Source: an uncultured Bacteroidota bacterium (GTDB lineage: Bacteria; Bacteroidota; Bacteroidia; Chitinophagales; LD1). Taken from it: a stretch of 45,181 nucleotides of DNA. The number at the start of each line of letters is the position of its first letter. The first letter of the stretch is position 1. The translations under genes were made by a program, and so were the position numbers. Positions 19,638-29,475 of this stretch are shown here, in pieces. A model generated the notes under the pieces. That model ran no database searches, had not been told where the DNA came from, and saw nothing but the letters and a program-made list of their open reading frames with translations. Location: positions 1 to 45,181 of the forward strand of contig CAISWS010000059.1 of the NCBI GenBank assembly GCA_903889265.1. Reading direction: 5' to 3'.

Positions 19638-20699
19638 TTAGCCGGCGGTATTTGCTTTAGCGTTATATTCCTTTTGTAATTTATAGGCAGCTAAAAATTC
19701 CTTAAAACTCATATAAGGAACACCGGAGCGGTTATTTGCGCGGCTGATTTGATACATCACCTTAAAATGATAGAAAAACACCCGGTATGCTTTCCAGATA
19801 GGGTTGCCGGGGTGGTAAACATGCGCGGGCTCAGCACCTGCGCCGTTTAGTTCCATAATTTGTATGCTATGACCTTGCTTTAGTAATTCAATGCTTTGGC
19901 AACGCAAATCGTACCGGCCAAAATAAAAGCCGGGTATCTGTTTGCTTATGTTGTCAAATACTTCTGTCAGTTGGGTATCAATAATATCGCACCGGTCTAA
20001 AAACATGGCTCCGCGCGAGTGATTACCGAAAGGAACCAATTCAACTACCTCATTCTGTGCAGGAATGGAGTTTAGCTTATTGGCTAGCGAAACTTTTAGA
20101 ACCGGCCATTGCAGTAATGCCCTGGGGTAACCTTTTATCAATTCTTCTAAAGTCGCATTACCATCACCGGTAACCCGTAGCATTTCTTTCAACACCACTG
20201 AACTGATGGTACCTTTGTTATGATCAGGAAAGCGGAAATAAAAAACACTTAATTCGACAGGCGAGGATACATACGTTTGAATCAGAAAGTCTACCGGTGT
20301 AGTTTTGATATAGGTCAAAAGCTCGTCCTCACTTTGCAGTTTACTTACCTTCCATCCCCGCTCTCCCCGGTCTGGCTTGGCTATAATGGGGTACCCAATA
20401 CCTTTTTGCTGCATTGCCTTGTTTACTAAATGGATGTCAGTGCCTTCCTGCACCAATATGGTTGCAGGGAAAAGGTGAGCAGGTATCAACTCAAATATTT
20501 TCCATTTTGATTCGCCAAACATGCCACCGGTTTCTATTCCGGGGTTAGAAGCGGAGAAGTAGAAAAATGAACGTGCTTTAAACGCCAGCCACAGGTAATA
20601 ACACACCACCGGAAACTGCACAATATAAAAGGGCCAGTATTCCCAATTGAATAACCGGATTAAAAATGGCGAGCGGTTCAAAAGATTTTTAAATGTCAT
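19638..20699 (-). CDS. ATP-grasp ligase of unknown specificity (often annotated D-Ala-D-Ala ligase-like)
   Basis: YPIIAKPDRGERG, LIQTYV, VTGDGNATLEELI, GRYDLR, IMELNG. ATG start at 20699. Confidence 0.8.
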   Translation of the reverse strand: MTFKNLLNRSPFLIRLFNWEYWPFYIVQFPVVCYYLWLAFKARSFFYFSASNPGIETGGMFGESKWKIFELIPAHLFPATILVQEGTDIHLVNKAMQQKGIGYPIIAKPDRGERGWKVSKLQSEDELLTYIKTTPVDFLIQTYVSSPVELSVFYFRFPDHNKGTISSVVLKEMLRVTGDGNATLEELIKGYPRALLQWPVLKVSLANKLNSIPAQNEVVELVPFGNHSRGAMFLDRCDIIDTQLTEVFDNISKQIPGFYFGRYDLRCQSIELLKQGHSIQIMELNGAGAEPAHVYHPGNPIWKAYRVFFYHFKVMYQISRANNRSGVPYMSFKEFLAAYKLQKEYNAKANTAG

Positions 20700-20865
20700 G
20701 GACTGCAATATCACCCGGCAATCATAATTTCTCAAAATAATCAACAGAAGTTTACGCCCGTAACGTATATCCGGCAACCGAAATCTGATCAGCTGTGTAA
20801 CGCTTATCAATGTTGCTGCATATCCGGTGATCCGGAAAATCCCTAAAAAAACTATACAAACCGGC

Positions 20866-22368
20866 TTATCTGCGTTTTATCCTTACGTACGCCGAAGTTA
20901 CCGCATCGCTTCTTTCCCTACCCATACTGTTTGGGTTGTAAGATTCATGGGCCATGCCACCTCTTACACCAAGGCTTACTGCAGATTGAGGAATGTCTTT
21001 CTTTGCCATTGGTGTTTTAGGGAAACCCTGTATTTCGAACTTACTGTTTTGAATAAGGCTTCGTGATGCTTTATAAAGTTTTTCAGTGCTTTTGCGGAGA
21101 TTCTCAACTGACACCTGCCACCCGTTTGTGCCATAAAATTTTACAGCCACGTTAATAATACTGCTGGTGTCGGAACCTACAATGACGTAAGCACCCAACA
21201 ACGGACATGCAACAAACATATCTTCGAAATGGCGTTTGTATAGTCCTCTTGTAATCATATCATTGGCCGCTTTTATTTCCTTTAACTCCATTATAAGAAG
21301 GGCTATCAGTTCAATAATTTTTCTTGCAGCATCGGCAGCACCAACAACTGATGCTGCTGTACGGGTTGGGTCGAACTGTGCACCAAATTTAGCGGTGCAC
21401 ATACCTAAATTAATATCTTTTTGTACAGCAATCCTTGTATAAAGCGTGCTAACGGCATCCAGGGCAGCGGATGGGGCACCGGGTGCAACATAACCCATGT
21501 TTGAAATATTTTCCAGGTCTGATTTCAGCATATGCACCTGGACCACATCAACAATTGCTTTAACTAATTTAACACCGACTAAAATATGCCCTATAATGGG
21601 CACTACCTCACCGACAGCATGGCCAACATGGCCTGCAATTTCCTGTCCTAATATAGGCGCAAGCTCTTTAGTAATTGCGGCTGAGTGCTGGGCCGGGGTT
21701 TCAAGTGCCTGACCACCGGCTATTTTCATAACATCTTTTACATCAGTATATGCCTTTCCGACCTGGTAACCGGCCTGCACGCCCGTGGTAATTTTTTGCT
21801 TGGCCGTCCCTAAACTATCAGGAGCATTAGGATTATTTCCATATTGGCCGGGCTTAAAAGCTTTACCCCCGTTAACCGGTGCCTTAACCGTAACCGCCAC
21901 AGAATTAATACTGTTTTTGAATTTTTGTATTACACCTACATTTTTACAAGTAAACTGCAGTGGCACCCCGGTTTTGGATTTAAACAGGCTTTCCAGCATG
22001 TTGGCCTGGGCAGCCATCACAATATTTTGCGCTTCCTGCATAGAGCTGTCTACTACAAAATTATTGGTAAGCATGGTTGTGCGCAGGTCATCAAACGCAC
22101 CGGTTTTATTGCGCGGATTGTTTTTTGAAAGTGTTATACCCATAACACCTACAGGTTTGTTTTTAGGGTCTTCAGCCCATTTCAATTTTACATACCATTC
22201 AAATTTTTCCATGCATTGCCTCTTGGCAATTTCATGGTTATTACCTTTCCAGTTGGCAAAGTAATATTTAACCTTTTTATCAAGTTCCTGAAGGTGGTTG
22301 GAACGCGGATGGCGCCAGTCGTAATTGCTTCTGCTTATCCAGTCTTCGTAAGTTGCTATTTGTGGCAT
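20866..22368 (-). CDS. Hypothetical 500-aa protein
   Basis: Long ATG-initiated ORF with no signal peptide and a Gly/Ala/Val-rich hydrophobic helical middle. No family recognised. Confidence 0.8.
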   Translation of the reverse strand: MPQIATYEDWISRSNYDWRHPRSNHLQELDKKVKYYFANWKGNNHEIAKRQCMEKFEWYVKLKWAEDPKNKPVGVMGITLSKNNPRNKTGAFDDLRTTMLTNNFVVDSSMQEAQNIVMAAQANMLESLFKSKTGVPLQFTCKNVGVIQKFKNSINSVAVTVKAPVNGGKAFKPGQYGNNPNAPDSLGTAKQKITTGVQAGYQVGKAYTDVKDVMKIAGGQALETPAQHSAAITKELAPILGQEIAGHVGHAVGEVVPIIGHILVGVKLVKAIVDVVQVHMLKSDLENISNMGYVAPGAPSAALDAVSTLYTRIAVQKDINLGMCTAKFGAQFDPTRTAASVVGAADAARKIIELIALLIMELKEIKAANDMITRGLYKRHFEDMFVACPLLGAYVIVGSDTSSIINVAVKFYGTNGWQVSVENLRKSTEKLYKASRSLIQNSKFEIQGFPKTPMAKKDIPQSAVSLGVRGGMAHESYNPNSMGRERSDAVTSAYVRIKRR

Positions 22369-22542
22369 GTTAAATTTATTTATACGGGAAAATAAGTAAC
22401 ACTCTCAATAATTTAAAGGTATGACTTTGTTTTTGATTGCAAATTAAATTTGCACGGCAATAATGAACCTTGGGAAAAGGTGATTAACATTATTGGAACA
22501 AGTTTACGATTTTTATTGTTGTGGAGTTTAAAATATTATAGT

Positions 22543-23493
22543 ATGCAAAAGAGAAAACTGGGAAATTCAGGAATTGAGGTTAGCGCATTAGCCCTGGGCG
22601 GTAATGTATTTGGCTGGACTATTGACGAGGCTACTTCTTTTAAAATACTGGATGGATTTATAGATTCTGGTTTTAACCTGGTGGATACTGCTGACGTTTA
22701 CTCCCGCTGGAAAAGGGGCAATGAAGGAGGGGAGTCGGAAACTATTATAGGTAACTGGATGAAAAAGACCGGAAACAGGAATAAAGTAGTAGTCGCAACT
22801 AAGGTGGGTATGGAAATGGCAGATGGAAAGGGGCTGGCAAAGGCCCGTATTTTTAAAAGTATTGAAGATTCGCTGCGGCGTTTACAAACTGATTATATTG
22901 ACCTTTTCCAAAGCCACAAGGATGACCCGGATACCCCACAGGAAGAAACTTTGGAAGCTTATAATCAACTGGTGAAGCAGGGTAAGGTAAGGGCGATTGG
23001 CGCCAGTAATTACAGTGCCGCACGTTTGGGTGAGGCTTTGGCAATAAGTACGGAAAAGGGATACCCCGCTTACGTAAGTGTGCAGCCGCAATACAATTTG
23101 TATGACAGGGAGGTATATGAATCGGAGCTTGAACCTTTCTGTATTAAAAATGGATTAGGGGTTATTACATATTACAGCCTGGCAAGTGGTTTTTTAACTG
23201 GTAAATACCGAAGTTCAGAGGACTACAGGAAGAGCGTACGGGGTGTGGGTATGAAACGCTTTATGAATGAACGCGGTTTAAATATACTGGCGGCTTTGGA
23301 TGAGGTTTCGAAGGAACTAAATGCAACACAGGCACAGGTTGCACTGGCATGGTTAATTGCGCGCAAAGGCGTTACAGCCCCCATTGTAAGCGCCACCAAT
23401 ATTGACCAGTTGCAGGATATTTTAAAAGCGGTTGATGTGAAACTGGATGTATCGGCAATCGCTACATTGGATGCAGCGGGCGAATGGAGGTAG
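22543..23493 (+). CDS. Aldo/keto reductase
   Basis: GGNVFG, DTADVY, SETIIG, VATK, SLRRLQTDYIDL, IGASN. ATG at 22543; TAAATTTG promoter box at 22445. Confidence 0.93.
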   Translation: MQKRKLGNSGIEVSALALGGNVFGWTIDEATSFKILDGFIDSGFNLVDTADVYSRWKRGNEGGESETIIGNWMKKTGNRNKVVVATKVGMEMADGKGLAKARIFKSIEDSLRRLQTDYIDLFQSHKDDPDTPQEETLEAYNQLVKQGKVRAIGASNYSAARLGEALAISTEKGYPAYVSVQPQYNLYDREVYESELEPFCIKNGLGVITYYSLASGFLTGKYRSSEDYRKSVRGVGMKRFMNERGLNILAALDEVSKELNATQAQVALAWLIARKGVTAPIVSATNIDQLQDILKAVDVKLDVSAIATLDAAGEWR

Positions 23494-23572
23494 GGTGCGG
23501 AATTGGATGCCAAAATAAATCACAAATAATTCATACTAATCACTCACATTTGCGTTATAGAGTATAATACCC

Positions 23573-25897
23573 GTGCGCAGCCGTTTCCTTCAGTTTTTTA
23601 AGTGGTTTGTAATAGTTTCAGCAACTTCATTTTTGTTGTTTCTGTTGCTTAACCGTTTGTTCCCATTGCCTGATGAAATTCAGTATTCCACCATTATGCT
23701 GGATAGCAAAGGCGAAGTAATACACGCCTTTTTAACCAGCGACCAGAAGTGGCGCATGAAAACCGAGTTAAATGAAATATCGCCGGTTTTAAAGAAAACA
23801 CTGCTTTATAAGGAGGATAAATACTTTTACCATCATCCCGGTGTTAATCCCCTGGCTATGGCACGGGCAGCAGTTATGAATTTCCTGCATCTTAAACGCA
23901 CCTCCGGGGCATCTACAATTACCATGCAGGTGGCCAGGATGCTGGAGCCTAAAAGAAGGACTTACTTCAATAAGTTGCTTGAAATCTTCCGCGCCTTTCA
24001 GTTGGAAAGGAAATACAGCAAGGACGAAATACTACAATTGTATTTTAACCTGGTGCCCTACGGAAGCAATGTGGAGGGGGTGAAAAGTGCATCTATCCTT
24101 TATTTTAAAAAGAACCCCGACCACCTATCGCTGGCAGAGGTTACGGCTTTGTCAATTATTCCCAACCGGCCTTCTTCGCTTAAATTGGGGGTGCATAATG
24201 GGCTGATAATAAAAGAACGCAACAAGTGGTTAAAACGCTTTGGCACCGACCGGCTTTTTAAAGCAAAAGAAATTAACGATGCGCTGAATGAACCGCTGGA
24301 TGCGCAAAGGGTGAATGCGCCCAACCTTGTGCCTCACCTGGCCTATAAGCTGAAGAAGACAACCCACCGCGATATTATACGCACTTATCTGCAAATGAAC
24401 ACGCAAATGAAACTGGAGAACCTGGTGGGGGAATATACGCGCAGTTTAAATTCTTACAATATCCATAATGCCTCGGCGGTAGTTATTGACAATAAAACAC
24501 ACGATGTGATAGTATACATCGGTTCTGCTGATTTTGCCAATCGTACCGATGGTGGACAGGTAAATGGTGCAGATGCAGTGAGGCAACCTGGCAGCTCGCT
24601 AAAACCTTTAATGTATGGATTGTGCATTGATAATGGCGTGCTTACCCCCAAGACTGTTATAACCGACGTGCCCATCAATATTAACGGCTTTCAACCCGAA
24701 AACTTCGACCAGAAATTTAATGGGTTTGTTACCATGGAGTACGCGCTGGAAAACTCGCTGAACATACCGGCCGTAAAATCGCTGCACGAGTTGGGGACCG
24801 ATAAAATGATTGCCAAACTTGAAGACTGCGATTTCAGGCAGATAAAGAAGGACGAGAAAAAGCTTGGGCTGTCGCTTATTCTGGGTGGTTGTGGCGTTAC
24901 ACTGGAAGAAATGACGGGTCTCTATAGCGCCCTTGCCAATGGCGGTATATATGTAAAGCCTAACTATTTTAAAGGAGATAAGCTGAAAGGCGATTCTGTG
25001 CTGCGCGGTAAGAGGATACTTTCCCCATCGGCTGATTTTATGATTACCGAGATACTTTCTAAAATTACCCGGCCCGATTTACCGGTTAATTGGGAAAGCA
25101 GTATGCACCTGCCCCGTATTGCCTGGAAAACCGGCACCAGCTATGGCAAGCGCGATGCATGGAGCATTGGTTATAATATGAAATACACGGTGGGTGTTTG
25201 GGTAGGTAATTTCTCGGGATTAGGTGTTCCTGAATTGAGTGGGGCAAACGTGGCCACTCCGTTGCTGTTCAAAATATTTAATACGATAGATTACAATTCA
25301 ACCAACGAATGGTACTCCATGCCTAAAGAATGCGGCCTGCGGCTGGTTTGTTCTGAAACTGGGAAAGTGCCCAACGATTTTTGTACCAATACGGTGATGG
25401 ATTACTTTATACCGCTGGTTTCAAACTCGCAAAAGTGCATGAACATGAAGGAGGTTGCAGTATCGGCAGATGAGAAGATTTCTTATTGCAAAAACTGTGT
25501 GCCCGATAACGGCTATAAAAAGAAATGGTACAAGGTAGTGCCGCCTGATATGCAGTCGTACTATGATGATAACCGGATAGCTTATGAGAAAATACCTCCC
25601 CATAACCCGCTATGCGATAGGATATCGGGCGAGGGTGGGCCTGCCATTAAGCTTCCTAAAAACGGAACAGAGTATTACATCGATAAAAAGGCACCCGAAC
25701 CGCTACAACTGAGTTGCGAGGTAGGAAGCGATGTGAAAACGGTTTACTGGTATATTAACAACAAATTTTACAAGCGTTCCGATGCCCATGCCAAAGAGTT
25801 CTTTGCGCCCGATGATACTCACATTAAAATATCATGCACCGACGATAAAGGGCGCAATAACGATATCTGGATAAAGGTAAAATACGTAAATCTTTAA
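23573..25897 (+). CDS. pbpC: Penicillin-binding protein 1C
   Basis: Transglycosylase EDKYFYHHPGVN and GASTITMQ; transpeptidase SSLK, SLN, KTGT; C-terminal BiPBP_C-like domain. Confidence 0.93.
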   Translation: MRSRFLQFFKWFVIVSATSFLLFLLLNRLFPLPDEIQYSTIMLDSKGEVIHAFLTSDQKWRMKTELNEISPVLKKTLLYKEDKYFYHHPGVNPLAMARAAVMNFLHLKRTSGASTITMQVARMLEPKRRTYFNKLLEIFRAFQLERKYSKDEILQLYFNLVPYGSNVEGVKSASILYFKKNPDHLSLAEVTALSIIPNRPSSLKLGVHNGLIIKERNKWLKRFGTDRLFKAKEINDALNEPLDAQRVNAPNLVPHLAYKLKKTTHRDIIRTYLQMNTQMKLENLVGEYTRSLNSYNIHNASAVVIDNKTHDVIVYIGSADFANRTDGGQVNGADAVRQPGSSLKPLMYGLCIDNGVLTPKTVITDVPININGFQPENFDQKFNGFVTMEYALENSLNIPAVKSLHELGTDKMIAKLEDCDFRQIKKDEKKLGLSLILGGCGVTLEEMTGLYSALANGGIYVKPNYFKGDKLKGDSVLRGKRILSPSADFMITEILSKITRPDLPVNWESSMHLPRIAWKTGTSYGKRDAWSIGYNMKYTVGVWVGNFSGLGVPELSGANVATPLLFKIFNTIDYNSTNEWYSMPKECGLRLVCSETGKVPNDFCTNTVMDYFIPLVSNSQKCMNMKEVAVSADEKISYCKNCVPDNGYKKKWYKVVPPDMQSYYDDNRIAYEKIPPHNPLCDRISGEGGPAIKLPKNGTEYYIDKKAPEPLQLSCEVGSDVKTVYWYINNKFYKRSDAHAKEFFAPDDTHIKISCTDDKGRNNDIWIKVKYVNL

Positions 25898-25948
25898 ACC
25901 ATCTGTTGTGAATGCTGTTATTTTTGGCGTTGAAACCATACCTGAAGA

Positions 25949-27301
25949 ATGAGATACGCTACTATATGCCCTGTCAATAATGAAACCCTGAAGGAATTTG
26001 AATTTGATTCGTTTCCCGATCTGGAGATTTCTGTAAAGGCCTTTAATACCTGGAGAAGATTAGCGGTAAGTGAACGTGTGGCTTACTTGCAGCGCGTAGC
26101 CGATGTAATTAAGGCCGGTAAAGAGCAGTATGCCAAACTGATAACTACTGAAATGGGCAAACCTATCAGCGAGGCGGAGTATGAAATAAATAAAGTACTC
26201 AGCGGGTTTGATTATTACCTTAAAAATGCCGCACGTTTTTTACAGGACGAACTGGTACAAACCAATGCCTCAAAAAGCTATATCCGCTTCGAGCCGCTGG
26301 GTATCATTTTTTCAGTCATGCCCTGGAATTTTCCTTTTTGGCAGGTGTTCAGGTTTGCTATACCTACTTTAATATCCGGTAATGTTTCTATACTTAAACA
26401 TTCGCCCAATGTGCCGCAATGTGCAAGGGCCATTGAAGCCATTTTTGAGCAGGCCGGTGTACCAAATGGCGTTTTTAAAAATTACTTTTTAACCAACGAA
26501 GACGCCGGTAAGCTGATTGCTGACCCGCGTATAGCAGGTATTAGCTTTACCGGCAGTGATACCACCGGCAGCATTCTTGCCTCACAAGCTGGTAAGCACA
26601 TTAAGAAGAGTGTATTGGAGTTGGGAGGAAATGATGCATTTATTGTGTTGGCAGATGCAAATATAGATTTTGCCATTTCCGGTGCAATCAAATCCCGTAG
26701 TATCAACACCGGCCAAAGTTGTAATGCGGCCAAACGTTTTATTGTTGCTGAAGAAATTGCCAGCGTTTTTACCGAAAAGCTAATGTCTGCGGTAAAAAAA
26801 CTGAAGGTGGGTGATCCGCTTGATGATAATAACCAGTTGGGCCCGTTGGCGAGGAAGGACCTGAAGGAAAAAGTTCAAAGGCAAATAACTGACTCGATTA
26901 TGGCAGGTGCTGTTGCTCATTATGGAGCGGATATACCCGAGGGAGAAGGAAATTTTGTTTCGCCCGCGGTACTTACTGGCGTTAAACCGGGCATGCCGGC
27001 ATTTGATGAGGAGATATTCGGGCCGGTGTGGAGTGTAATTGTTGTAAGGGATGCAGATGAGGCTATTGCTACCGCAAATAATTCGGTGTACGGATTAGGC
27101 GCCTCTATCTGGACCGCAGATAAAGTTGCGGCCGAGCGTTTTGTTTCAGAACTGGAAACCGGCAACGTATTTATTAACGATATTGTAAAATCAGATGCCC
27201 GCGTACCCTTTGGCGGAACTAAACGTAGCGGGTATGGCCGTGAACTTTCAGAACACGGCCTAATGGAGTTTGTAAATATTAAGACAGTGTATATTAATTG
27301 A
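25949..27301 (+). CDS. NAD(P)-dependent succinate-semialdehyde dehydrogenase (Sad/GabD1-like)
   Basis: MPWNFP, FTGS, ELGG, catalytic GQSC, EEIFGP, PFGGTKRSGYGRE. Confidence 0.9.
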   Translation: MRYATICPVNNETLKEFEFDSFPDLEISVKAFNTWRRLAVSERVAYLQRVADVIKAGKEQYAKLITTEMGKPISEAEYEINKVLSGFDYYLKNAARFLQDELVQTNASKSYIRFEPLGIIFSVMPWNFPFWQVFRFAIPTLISGNVSILKHSPNVPQCARAIEAIFEQAGVPNGVFKNYFLTNEDAGKLIADPRIAGISFTGSDTTGSILASQAGKHIKKSVLELGGNDAFIVLADANIDFAISGAIKSRSINTGQSCNAAKRFIVAEEIASVFTEKLMSAVKKLKVGDPLDDNNQLGPLARKDLKEKVQRQITDSIMAGAVAHYGADIPEGEGNFVSPAVLTGVKPGMPAFDEEIFGPVWSVIVVRDADEAIATANNSVYGLGASIWTADKVAAERFVSELETGNVFINDIVKSDARVPFGGTKRSGYGRELSEHGLMEFVNIKTVYIN

Positions 27302-27391
27302 TTTGTAGGAATTTGGATTTGCGATGTTCGACTTAATACTTTTCGGGTTATCTCAACAGTCTGGTCGCATATCGAAAAATTGCAATGTCGT

Positions 27392-28045
27392 TTAATCCTT
27401 TAAAGCTTTCAACAGCGCCTTATTTACCTCATAACTCATCGTCATATTCATAACATGCGAGCCGTTTTCGATGGCAATGGGGTTCTTTATCTTTTGTATG
27501 GGAAAAAGCATGTCTTTGGTGCCGTGTATGTGTATTATATCGCTTCTGTAATCTTTGGGTGGGTGCCAGTTAACAATGGCATTTACGGCCCACTCAATAA
27601 ATTCCGGCGAACAGTCTGCGGCCATCTCCCTTATCATTTTAGCCGCAAAAGAATCTCCCCGGTTGCCAAGCCGCTTCACCATTACGTTGTACGAACGTTT
27701 AATCCGGGCTCCGGTTGTAAGCTTATGCAGTTTTAATAAGCGCATACTGCGTATAAACAAGGGCATTTCCTCCCTGTTTTTAATGGAGGAAATGATTACT
27801 ATTTTTTCAGGGTTCAATATCCTGGATAATTCCATTGAAATAATTCCGCCTAAGGATGTTCCCACCAATGCAAATGGCTTGGTGGTGTCAATTTCCTTAG
27901 CTACCCGGCCTGCATATTCTGTAAGTGTTTCACTTTTTATGGGTTCAAGGTGTTCCAGAACTTTGGCATCAGGTAAGGCTTTTAGTTGGTGGGCATACAT
28001 TCTTTTGTCGGCACCTAAACCCGGGATCAGGTATATGTTCATCAT
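27392..28045 (-). CDS. Alpha/beta hydrolase
   Basis: IPGLGAD, nucleophile elbow GTSLGG, HIHGTKD, GSH. Confidence 0.88.
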   Translation of the reverse strand: MMNIYLIPGLGADKRMYAHQLKALPDAKVLEHLEPIKSETLTEYAGRVAKEIDTTKPFALVGTSLGGIISMELSRILNPEKIVIISSIKNREEMPLFIRSMRLLKLHKLTTGARIKRSYNVMVKRLGNRGDSFAAKMIREMAADCSPEFIEWAVNAIVNWHPPKDYRSDIIHIHGTKDMLFPIQKIKNPIAIENGSHVMNMTMSYEVNKALLKALKD

Positions 28046-28194
28046 AAGTATTCTTTTTGCCGCGCTGGTTTCAGTTTTAAGAATATACCAAAAGTAAGGG
28101 CTTTAGGTGTTATGTTGGAAAAATTTACCTTTAAGCGCGGTTTTCCCTCAAACAAGGATTATTTTATAACGGTTAGTAATATAAAACATTCAAA

Positions 28195-29250
28195 GTGAAA
28201 GAAGGGTTTCTGATATATGGTTGTTACGGATATACCGGTAAGCTTATTTGTGAAATGGCCGTTAAGGCTGGTATGAAGCCGGTTTTGTCGGGCAGGGACG
28301 GGCAAAAGGTGGCTGAACTTGCACGCACGCTCAATCTTGAATACATCGCCTTTGGTTTGGATAATGAGCAGGCCGTGGCGGATAAAATAAAAGATTTTAA
28401 AGTGGTGCTTCATTGCGCAGGGCCGTTTATATACACATCAACCATTATGGCTAATGCTTGTATAAAAGCGAAAACCCACTACCTGGATATAACCGGAGAA
28501 TACCAGGTTTTTGAAAGAATTTTTAAGATGAATGATGCCGCTGTGCAGGCGGGGGTTATGTTAATGCCCGGTGTAGGATTTGATGTGGTGCCTACCGATT
28601 GCCTGGCCCTTTACCTGAGTGAAAAACTAGGTAACGTTGTATCGCTTGATTTGGCATTATACATGCTTGGTGGTAAATTATCGCACGGCACTGCCATAAC
28701 AATTGCTGAAAATCTGGGAGATGCCTGCGTTATCAGGCGCGATGGAAAACTGGTAAAAGTCCCTAACGCCAAACTTATTCGTTCTTTTCGCATCAGGGAA
28801 GAGGATAAACGGGGAGTAGCTATATCATGGGGCGATGTTTCAACTGCATTCCGAACCACCGGTATTCCGAACATTACGGTGTACAATATTCTGCCGCAAA
28901 AACTGATTGACGGCATGAAACTCAGCAACTATCTGGGTTTTATTATGCGTACCAGGTTTGTGAAGAATTTTATGATTAATAAAATTAAAAAACGCCCCGC
29001 CGGACCGGATGAGGCGCAGCGCAAAGCCTCTACGAGTATTGTTTGGGGCGAAGTAAAGAATAAAGCGGGCGGTGCACAAAAGGCGATGCTATATTTGCCC
29101 GAAGGTTATACCCTCACCGCATTAACCTCATTAAAAATTGTAGAACTGGTACTTGCCAAAGAGCCTCCTTATGGTTCAAAAACACCGGCGCAGGTGTTTG
29201 GTAAAGACTTCATTTTGCAGTTTGAGGGAGTAAGGCGTAAAGATTTATAG
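28195..29250 (+). CDS. Saccharopine dehydrogenase-like NADP oxidoreductase
   Basis: Rossmann YGCYGYTG, HCAGPF, HYLDITGE, GFDVVPTD. Confidence 0.88.
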   Translation: MKEGFLIYGCYGYTGKLICEMAVKAGMKPVLSGRDGQKVAELARTLNLEYIAFGLDNEQAVADKIKDFKVVLHCAGPFIYTSTIMANACIKAKTHYLDITGEYQVFERIFKMNDAAVQAGVMLMPGVGFDVVPTDCLALYLSEKLGNVVSLDLALYMLGGKLSHGTAITIAENLGDACVIRRDGKLVKVPNAKLIRSFRIREEDKRGVAISWGDVSTAFRTTGIPNITVYNILPQKLIDGMKLSNYLGFIMRTRFVKNFMINKIKKRPAGPDEAQRKASTSIVWGEVKNKAGGAQKAMLYLPEGYTLTALTSLKIVELVLAKEPPYGSKTPAQVFGKDFILQFEGVRRKDL

Positions 29251-29475
29251 CCGTATATCAGATTTATTACCTCCTCTTTGTCAGGAAAATAGAGCTTTTC
29301 AGGCCTTTAATTGTTATTACAAGGCGTATGTTGTTTTCTACAAAACATTTAATCCAAAATTACGTATATCTTTAATAGAGTGCTTGTTATGTAGTAAGAA
29401 GCCGTTCCTGAATAAAAAAACGCGGCTTAAATACTGAGAAAGACGTATTTTTCATGCTTTTCTATCTAGTTTTCA

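Noticed and set aside
19638-20699. Calling the ATP-grasp protein ddl
   Set aside because: It lacks the Ddl N-terminal GGxSxE and HG motifs.
20860-20887. Possible fourth ECF motif (minus strand CGTAAGGATA...) upstream of the ATP-grasp gene
   Set aside because: The -35 is imperfect and there is no CGTC at the 12-13 nt spacing.
22450-22542. N-terminal ORF extensions (also 35742-35897, 38508-38630, 40997-41098, 20700-20810)
   Set aside because: They overlap promoter boxes or leaders. Downstream ATGs give family-typical N-termini.
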